Shown here piece by piece: positions 57,701 to 64,000 of a DNA stretch of 64,000 bases (its first letter is position 1; every line of letters begins with the position of its first letter). The DNA lies in IMG/VR virus record IMGVR_UViG_3300049783_001607. One strand, given 5' to 3'. Origin of the DNA: a virus. Position numbers and translations under genes: made by a program. The notes beneath the pieces were generated by a model that was given only the letters and a program-made list of their open reading frames with translations, made no database searches and had not been told where the DNA came from.

Positions 57701-59368
57701 AAGATTTTTAAAAAAGTAACCTATAAAAACGGAGTCCCATCTTCTAAATCAGCTACAGCTTCTGATATAAAAGATTACGGAACTGGGTTGATATCTGCAA
57801 AAAGCAATTCAGTAGATTCTGCAGATGTGTTTGAGGCTGAAAGAGAAGATCTAGGTAGAAATCTTTTAGATGTTGGACAAGTTATCGAAGTTGTAACTTT
57901 ATCTAATATAAATGCAGATATAAGATCTACTGAGAAATTTTCAGATGAAGAGTCATTGTTGTTTGGTCAAGACAGGGATTTTTTCCCTAATAAAGAAAAT
58001 ATATTTGGTGAGGCTAGACCTGACTCCTCAGCATATAATCACGGTTACTCAGGAGAAGATAATCCTATAGCATACTTTAGAATAGAAGCTAATTCCCCTT
58101 CTTTTAATACTGAATTTCCAAATAGAGTTTTATTGTCAGAAAGAAATAAAACTCAAAGTTTCTTCAATTCTTTCAGAGATTTAAAAGGATTTAATTTCAG
58201 AGATTACGGTGTAGAATTAGGCCCTATTATAAAATTGGCCTCTATAAAAAATATTTTACTTACTATTCATCCTACAGGAGTTTTAGCTATTGGAGTAGAT
58301 GATAAAACATTAGTAGCTGAAGGAAGTGATGTATATGTTAATACAGCTCAATCTCTTAGCCCCACGTCTAAAACTATTTCAGAAATATACGGAAGTGTAC
58401 ATCCTGAATCAGTTGTTAAAACAGACTTATCTATTGCAGGTGTAGACTACAATGCTAGTGCTGTTTGGATATTTCAAGGAGATAAATTATCTATAATAAG
58501 TGAATTTGCAATTAGAACATTATTAGATAAATATAAAAATAATATTGATACAGGTTCTTTTGAAGGTGGTGTTGAAGGAGTATCTTATAATTCTAGAGTG
58601 TATTCTACATTTAATTACTCTAAACATACTTTATACATATCTTATGTAGCTGAAGACGTTACTACTAAAAAGCAGTATCATGTAGGTACTGTAAGTTACA
58701 GTACTGTACTTAGTAAATGGATGTCTAGAATATCTGAAGGTAATAAGTTTTCTATGTTTATTGGAGCTAACACTTATACTTCTGGTTTTAAAGCCCTTAA
58801 AAACGGCGTTGAAGTTTCGGATTACACTATATGGAAAGAAGACTCATTGTTAAACACTAATGGTAATAATGTTAGAGCTAGACTTAGAGATATAAATTAC
58901 AATTATGAATTTGAAATAATAATAAACAAAGAGCCTGCACTAGAAAAAATTTTAAATAATATTAGATTAATAACTAATAAAAGCATTCCTATTAAAGTGG
59001 TATATACTACATCAGGAGATGAGAACGATGCTGCTAGAAATATATGGGAAAAGAGAGATAGCACAGATTTAGAAGAAGAAAATGGGCTTTTTACGAGCTC
59101 TTTTGGTAATAAGAAAATAGAGCAAAAAATAATAACTAGAAATAAAAGTGCAAGAAATCATCTTCGTCTTGGTATTCTAGATGAAAACGCGTATTATAAA
59201 AATAGCGGTTTATATATAGAAGTTGGTAAAGTTAGTGCATTGTCAAGAAAAAGTATAGGAACTAAAAGAATTAGAGATAAAAGTATTAAAGTAAGGTTTA
59301 TTTATTCAGGTAATGATGAGACCTTTTTACAAGGAATAATTTCAATGTTAAGCATAAGTCACAGCTAA
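54773..59368 (+). CDS. Tail stabilization/muzzle protein (P22 gp10-like)
   Basis: 1531 aa; N-terminal NSFEGGLVTDL..D.LN and C-terminal RIRDKSIKVRF.YSG as in crAss-like phages. Confidence 0.75.
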   Translation: MAQGNNISSVNSFEGGLVTDLHNLTSPSNTVVDSLNMELVTIGNDQYIYQNIRANKKIAVDFPMYTENGVEYQFIPLGLKVHNNIAYILAGAFKKDGTFLTGTIGTFPSPNWAYLNDSSKGSSRLYDVFSPLYNYKKDGESSHTGPFISKKFEFERNRHIDIEIQGDFDNSVNILFTDNKNNLSIINSRFKRLESNDVVKLADRLGLNDSNTYSKSDWDRITLIQNTNFPVTVVDDEDKPGFTVAEGGYLRGGGYRYYFKYSTQEGNTTEILYESPLIPIANGNLGLNKSQLSDKLVRFTLKNLDTSYTGIKVYFAHFDGEDQAEMELFTIDYIYTYDNESTTVIVHSGLEEVSPVDISEINVGFTPIDTVRSAVIINDRLALAGASSTISESDLDILSSAAKDVTLWEKTIPLEDSYANANASANKLGYWKGEVYEFATVFMLKNKGLSPAFPVTGMDNFLGLQSDFLNNSYPEYDSLLDSDGFAHGYLINNKGIFRTSNQGKIYTPTVDGKGVRHVTYIEANVSSFKNNLALDSIAAGFFIVRRKRIKNVLLQGMAVPTLKVPAKYPSLYDGVLEKQAGLSASRRYLLKHFGNPEDANEGDNATIGFNGPYSAITVGDKASFNADFDTVFTPQPTQILNVLTAEKSWVVSGALGQNISYPFPGWSPIASDPIGETIDREGNLTGKMHIAFYSCELEMNLKNVKGYLNGIDPEIEIQNAAKRCSPLGYTYTGFSYKSTANIIVYLGEEVSMNKAPWTTIPSKAVKATILDSGRAVYSNGGFSSKIDRSFGLISENTLSTDTDDLDNNSLNSVVSISYGLPYRVYASRYSQDAEKINRLSSNSLYYPNSNTKKSFFPYSLVSQSYSTYVGIRVEASKAGSLPIFHYSSNIHKSTDNYTNTSEVIVNENNPLNDDLYYVNTGHLANIFRSATGRWQSADIRSIYKFDSNKAYYAVTDRNKITGLNTVDIFRGDGFISKIFKKVTYKNGVPSSKSATASDIKDYGTGLISAKSNSVDSADVFEAEREDLGRNLLDVGQVIEVVTLSNINADIRSTEKFSDEESLLFGQDRDFFPNKENIFGEARPDSSAYNHGYSGEDNPIAYFRIEANSPSFNTEFPNRVLLSERNKTQSFFNSFRDLKGFNFRDYGVELGPIIKLASIKNILLTIHPTGVLAIGVDDKTLVAEGSDVYVNTAQSLSPTSKTISEIYGSVHPESVVKTDLSIAGVDYNASAVWIFQGDKLSIISEFAIRTLLDKYKNNIDTGSFEGGVEGVSYNSRVYSTFNYSKHTLYISYVAEDVTTKKQYHVGTVSYSTVLSKWMSRISEGNKFSMFIGANTYTSGFKALKNGVEVSDYTIWKEDSLLNTNGNNVRARLRDINYNYEFEIIINKEPALEKILNNIRLITNKSIPIKVVYTTSGDENDAARNIWEKRDSTDLEEENGLFTSSFGNKKIEQKIITRNKSARNHLRLGILDENAYYKNSGLYIEVGKVSALSRKSIGTKRIRDKSIKVRFIYSGNDETFLQGIISMLSISHS

Positions 59369-60810
59369 TGAAAAAAATACAAAACATAATCAGCAGCGAG
59401 GTAATCGTTAGAGCTAATAATTTTAAATTCAAACAAGAATTTGGTACTGTAGGATTTACTGATAATTTATCGGAGGAAGGAAACTCTACTATATTTATCA
59501 CTGACTTCACTATAGATAAAATTATATATGTTACTTTAAATGGTATTAATTTAATTGAAGGTAAACATTATTTTCAAGATACACCTAACACTATTAAAAT
59601 AAGTAACGAAGGATCTCCAATAAAGTCAATGGCTGGGAATACTAACAATATATTAGTTGGTTATCATTATTTAAATAATAGATCAGTAGGAGTTAACGAT
59701 ATCAAAACAGCTCCTAGCATTAGTACTTTTTATATGAATAAGTATTCAGGTAAAAACGAATCACTTACATTTGATTTTGTTATTACTCCTAGAGACGGTA
59801 AAAATATTTACTGGACTATTTTAAAAGATGGAAATGAAACCCCTTTATTTACTGGAAATTCGTTAAAGTCTATAAACGGAGAAGTGAGAGACACTGATAA
59901 TGAGATAGTAAGTCTTACTCATCATATATCTAATACAGAGTATTTAGCAAGACAAGGCGATAAGATACCTTTTACATTTATAGTTATATATGATTTATCA
60001 GAAGATGGGTCTAAACTCAATGAAAAATTAATAGAATCTATACAATTCAATGTAGATGTACCTGAAGTGCTGGCAGGTACTTTAAATGTTACTCCAGAAT
60101 TAGTTGATGTAATAGGCCAAACAGAGATTACAGGTTCTTATAATATTAACGGAATACCTGTAGATAGTCCTACATTATTTAGTTGGAAAATTACTGAAAT
60201 AATTAATGAAGGGGCTGAAACTATTGTCAAAGAAGGGAATCAATCTTCAGATTTATTCGGCACTTTTTCAGCGTCAACTAATCCTGTTGTAGGTCAAAAT
60301 AGCAATATTAGATATTTTTTAAGTGTGCTTTATGCAGGAAGTACTAGCTACTTAGTTATTGCAAATGATAAAGTAGTTATTTCTGTACCTTCTTTACAAG
60401 GCAATGCCAGAGCAGGTTATGTAGACGCTTCTATAGTAAGCTATGTGGATCCGTCAGACGGAGTAAGAAAAAAAATAGGTTCTTTAGGAACTACACAAGA
60501 TGTTTTAGAATATAACAATAGAATTCCAGAAGCTGCATTTACAAAATCAGTGGATATCTCGTACTTAGAAGATTCAATTTTTATATCAGCTCCGGTTTAC
60601 TTAGATCCAGTAAACCCTCCTAATGTAGTTTATTTTGTGATAGAACTACCGGATTCTTGGGGACCAGTTGTATTTAATCAAACGTTAGGTCCTATAGATA
60701 TATCGGCATTTAATGTTATAGCTTTAGGTAACGGGTACACAGCATATGTATATGTTACAGGTACTTCTAGTTCAGCCAACCCATCAGATTACTTTATAAC
60801 TAAAAAATAA
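59368..60810 (+). CDS. Putative tail/structural protein
   Basis: Beta-rich; V.LNG.L.EG..Y module. Confidence 0.6.
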   Translation: MKKIQNIISSEVIVRANNFKFKQEFGTVGFTDNLSEEGNSTIFITDFTIDKIIYVTLNGINLIEGKHYFQDTPNTIKISNEGSPIKSMAGNTNNILVGYHYLNNRSVGVNDIKTAPSISTFYMNKYSGKNESLTFDFVITPRDGKNIYWTILKDGNETPLFTGNSLKSINGEVRDTDNEIVSLTHHISNTEYLARQGDKIPFTFIVIYDLSEDGSKLNEKLIESIQFNVDVPEVLAGTLNVTPELVDVIGQTEITGSYNINGIPVDSPTLFSWKITEIINEGAETIVKEGNQSSDLFGTFSASTNPVVGQNSNIRYFLSVLYAGSTSYLVIANDKVVISVPSLQGNARAGYVDASIVSYVDPSDGVRKKIGSLGTTQDVLEYNNRIPEAAFTKSVDISYLEDSIFISAPVYLDPVNPPNVVYFVIELPDSWGPVVFNQTLGPIDISAFNVIALGNGYTAYVYVTGTSSSANPSDYFITKK

Positions 60811-60821
60811 ACTAATAAAGA

Positions 60822-61370
60822 ATGGAACCAAAATTTTCAAATAAAACTAATGCTTCTGGAATACATGTTACAGACGCTTCTCCTATAGATGATAGAGTGT
60901 ACGTTACTACAATGGCTTTATTAGAATCTCTTTCAAACGAGGAGCCTTTTTCAGGTATAATGTACGATGGGCTAGTTATTCAAGTGGGAGAAAATAGAAA
61001 AGAATTTATTTGGGTAGAATCTAATAGTGGTATTATGGCCAATGGGTACACTTATCCTGAATATATGGATGACATACAAGGTCAGAACTATGCCAATAAA
61101 ACTTTTAATCTAGTTTTGTATGATAAAGTAGCTAAAGTAGATATTACATATAGCGACATTGCTAGCGATGGTCTTTTTATAGCTGATAAATATCTGCCTT
61201 ATCATGTATTAAAAAACAAAGCTTTTGCACAAGTAATGATGAAATCAAGTACTACTGCTTTTAGTGAAATGGAATTTCCTGACACAGTAAGGGTTGAAAA
61301 TAACGGAATAACAATTATACTAGATCCTAAGCCTGAAATAGCCGAGGAATTTAAAATAACAATATTATAA
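60822..61370 (+). CDS. Putative structural protein
   Basis: PIDDR...YDGLVIQV module. Confidence 0.6.
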   Translation: MEPKFSNKTNASGIHVTDASPIDDRVYVTTMALLESLSNEEPFSGIMYDGLVIQVGENRKEFIWVESNSGIMANGYTYPEYMDDIQGQNYANKTFNLVLYDKVAKVDITYSDIASDGLFIADKYLPYHVLKNKAFAQVMMKSSTTAFSEMEFPDTVRVENNGITIILDPKPEIAEEFKITIL

Positions 61371-61382
61371 TAAGTCTTATAT

Positions 61383-63146
61383 ATGAAAGTAAGAGGATCA
61401 TTAAAAATAGCAAAAGACCTTATTCTTAAAGGGTTAAGCGGCGTACTCCCTAAACGTGGGGCTATGTTGACGTCAGATAATTTAGGCAAACTTGAATGGA
61501 GTAATTTATTTTTATCTGAAATTGCTTCTACTGAAATATATAAAGACTTGGGGTCAATGGTAAGACTTAATAACAGAGTTTTTTATTCTATTATAGCTAA
61601 TGCTTCTGGAGCTGATATTAATAATACAGCTATTTGGTCAGAAATAGGGAGTAATTTTTTAGCTGAAATGATAAAAAACAGCTTTGTTCCTGGCACTTTA
61701 TTAGTGGTTAATGATCAAGGTAACGGCCTAGAAAAATTATATTTAAGCAGTGATTTTTTAGTTTCTATAGTTGAAGGTAAAAAAACTATTTATTTATCTT
61801 CTTCTGAAACAACGGCTGATATTTCTTTTTCAGCACCTATATCATTCCTTGCTACACCGTCTCCTAGTGGAGCAGTAGCTTTTGCATGGACACCAGCTGC
61901 AGATGATACTGCTGTAAGTGGGTATTTATTACAAGGTACTTTGATATCTAATTCTAACTGGGAAGCTGACGATATAATTCAAAAACAAGTAAGTAATGTT
62001 GTAAGTAACGTGTATACAGGTATACCAGATGGATCTTACAAATTCAGAGTTAGAGCTATTGATGTTTTTAATAATGTAAGTGCTGTTAACGGGATCGAAG
62101 AATCTGTAGAAATTTCTGATCAAATAGCTCCCACTATTCCTCAATTATTACGAGTTATTTCTAAAGACGGCTTTGAATTAGGGCTAGATTGGAATTTATC
62201 TATAGATAATAGTTTAACAATACTATATGAATTACAGTATAAAATGTCTGTTGATATAGCTGATTGGGACGATAGTGCGATTACAACTACTGTATCTACA
62301 GCATCAATTGAGCAAGTACTTACGTTATCTCAAGACGGTACGTATACATTCAGAGTTAGAGCAATAGATCTGTCAGGCAATTCAAGTCTGTATTCTAGCA
62401 CACTTACTTTGGATATAGATGAATTGAACGATAATATGATTTTAGTGCCTACTATACCTTTAAATATACAGTCAGCCGCAATTTTTGATGAAGTTACTGT
62501 AACTTGGGACGCGTCGACAGATGACGTAGAAGTAGTAAATTATGATATATCTTACACAACTATTAATGATTTAGATTGGAGTGAAGAAACTATAATTGTT
62601 GAAGCCGCTTTATTTCACGTTATTACACTGCCTTTAGGAAGTTATAAATTCAGAGTAAGAGCTAGAGATAACTTTTCTAACCTTAGTGATTGGTCTAGTA
62701 TCTCACCTGTCACAGTAGAAAATACTTCGTCTTATGACACTGTTATTTATTATGGACAATCAGTTGCATTACCTACAGAAAATATATTATTACCTCTTAA
62801 TGCCGGAAATAAAACAATAGAAACCAGTGATTACTTAATTAATATTATAGGTATATCTGATGATATAAGTTTTGAAAGCCCTTATAGAGGCGGAGCTTTT
62901 GAAGAAACTGCTTACAATCATCAAGTAACGCATTTTTTCGCACTACCTGATAACGTACAACTATTAAGTTCTTATAATAGCGCTTTTAGCAGTGATGTGT
63001 TTTATAATCAAAGCTCAAATAGATATACTTTATCAAATATAAGTATCAACAATGAAAATTATGTTCTATATTCATATGTTTCTGATGGTATTCCTGTAGG
63101 ACAACCAATTACAGTAAGCGTTAATTTTATAGAAGGATTAGTTTAA
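61383..63146 (+). CDS. Fibronectin type III repeat virion protein
   Basis: Three W.....D..V..Y...Y.FRVRA.D...N.S repeats. Confidence 0.8.
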   Translation: MKVRGSLKIAKDLILKGLSGVLPKRGAMLTSDNLGKLEWSNLFLSEIASTEIYKDLGSMVRLNNRVFYSIIANASGADINNTAIWSEIGSNFLAEMIKNSFVPGTLLVVNDQGNGLEKLYLSSDFLVSIVEGKKTIYLSSSETTADISFSAPISFLATPSPSGAVAFAWTPAADDTAVSGYLLQGTLISNSNWEADDIIQKQVSNVVSNVYTGIPDGSYKFRVRAIDVFNNVSAVNGIEESVEISDQIAPTIPQLLRVISKDGFELGLDWNLSIDNSLTILYELQYKMSVDIADWDDSAITTTVSTASIEQVLTLSQDGTYTFRVRAIDLSGNSSLYSSTLTLDIDELNDNMILVPTIPLNIQSAAIFDEVTVTWDASTDDVEVVNYDISYTTINDLDWSEETIIVEAALFHVITLPLGSYKFRVRARDNFSNLSDWSSISPVTVENTSSYDTVIYYGQSVALPTENILLPLNAGNKTIETSDYLINIIGISDDISFESPYRGGAFEETAYNHQVTHFFALPDNVQLLSSYNSAFSSDVFYNQSSNRYTLSNISINNENYVLYSYVSDGIPVGQPITVSVNFIEGLV

Positions 63147-63164
63147 AATAAAAGGGAAAAAGTT

Positions 63165-64000
63165 ATGAGTTCAGTACCAATTGGAGTAAGTAGACCTTTA
63201 TATCTTGTATCAAAATCAATGCATTTTGATGCTTTAGCAGGTCCTTATAATTCTATAGCAGAAGCTAATTCTGTAGTAATAAGCGCTATTAGAGAAAAAG
63301 GACGAGAAGTTTATATTTTAAATTTATCTGGAGATCCTGTAGCCCATACCTGGAGAGGTGGGATTGAAGACGATGATCTTTCTCCTGTAGTGGATGTACA
63401 CGATTTTGCAACAAATGAAAATCTGGATAATTATCAACCGCTTTCAGAAAAAAATGTTGCGGACGGATATGCGGGATTAAATAGTTTAGGTAAAATTAAT
63501 TCTAGTCAATTACCTCTTATTGCAATAACAGATACATTTGTAGTAACTTCAGAGTCTGCCATGTTAGCGTTAACTGTTGAAATAGGGGATGTTGCAGTAA
63601 GAACTGATATAGAGTCAACTTTTATACTTAGAGAATCTGGTGCAACAGTATTATCGAATTGGACTCAATTACAGACACCTACAGATTCTGTAACCAGTGT
63701 ATTCGGTAGAACTGGCGTTGTTACAGCACAATCAAATGACTACACCTGGGATCAAATTGATAAATCATCATCAAGTCTTGCAGATCTTGCAATAAGAAAT
63801 TTTTCTGATTTACAGAATAAGCCGACAACAGTAGCTGGTTATGGAATTACAGATGCTTACAATAAAACAGAATCGGATGCAAAATATCTTTTAAATACGA
63901 CATCTACTTTTACAGGTAATCTAACAGTCACAGGAAATGTAGAAGCCGATTCTATTAAACTTATAACAGGAGCTTCAAACGGTTACTTTTTACAGTCTGA
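63165..64000 (+). CDS. Tail fibre protein (partial, runs off window end)
   Basis: Open to end; GYAGLNS.GKI..SQLP, VTSVFGRTG.V, NKPTT.AGYGITDAY fibre motifs. Confidence 0.75.
   Translation, partial: MSSVPIGVSRPLYLVSKSMHFDALAGPYNSIAEANSVVISAIREKGREVYILNLSGDPVAHTWRGGIEDDDLSPVVDVHDFATNENLDNYQPLSEKNVADGYAGLNSLGKINSSQLPLIAITDTFVVTSESAMLALTVEIGDVAVRTDIESTFILRESGATVLSNWTQLQTPTDSVTSVFGRTGVVTAQSNDYTWDQIDKSSSSLADLAIRNFSDLQNKPTTVAGYGITDAYNKTESDAKYLLNTTSTFTGNLTVTGNVEADSIKLITGASNGYFLQS

Noticed and set aside
1968-62144. Short opposite-strand ORFs inside long genes (e.g. 1968, 9327, 14997, 28136, 37536, 53579, 61929)
   Set aside because: Antisense shadows of well-supported CDSs, with no motifs
35839-64000. 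Stop-codon reassignment as in some crAss-like phages
   Set aside because: Long genes are intact in the standard code and no suppressor tRNA is present

Overview
AT-rich fragment of a large lytic Bacteroidota (probably Flavobacteriia) phage with crAss-like virion genes. Left arm (1-35.8 kb, almost all minus strand): two expanded paralog families (6 copies of a conserved-block/hypervariable protein and a tandem array of 8 CxGCAATNTLC proteins), many stem-closed candidate ncRNAs including two repeated motifs, and a tmRNA gene. The tmRNA has a 41-codon tag and its T-loop is interrupted by a group I intron carrying an antisense HNH-type endonuclease. Further right are putative virion cargo genes and 25 tRNA genes covering all 20 amino acids, arranged in three operons. 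Right arm (35.8-64 kb, plus strand): nucleases, terminase, tandem GroES, portal, scaffold-like protein, major capsid, ring/tail and fibre genes. Main finding: each tRNA operon is preceded by a Bacteroidota TAnnTTTG promoter, an unannotated 24-27 aa leader peptide, an antiterminator segment and an intrinsic terminator. Each leader's codons match, isoacceptor by isoacceptor, the tRNAs encoded in that operon. This suggests ribosome-mediated transcription attenuators that switch on phage tRNA genes when the same tRNAs are depleted. All calls were made by eye with no database searches; boundaries may be off by a few nt.
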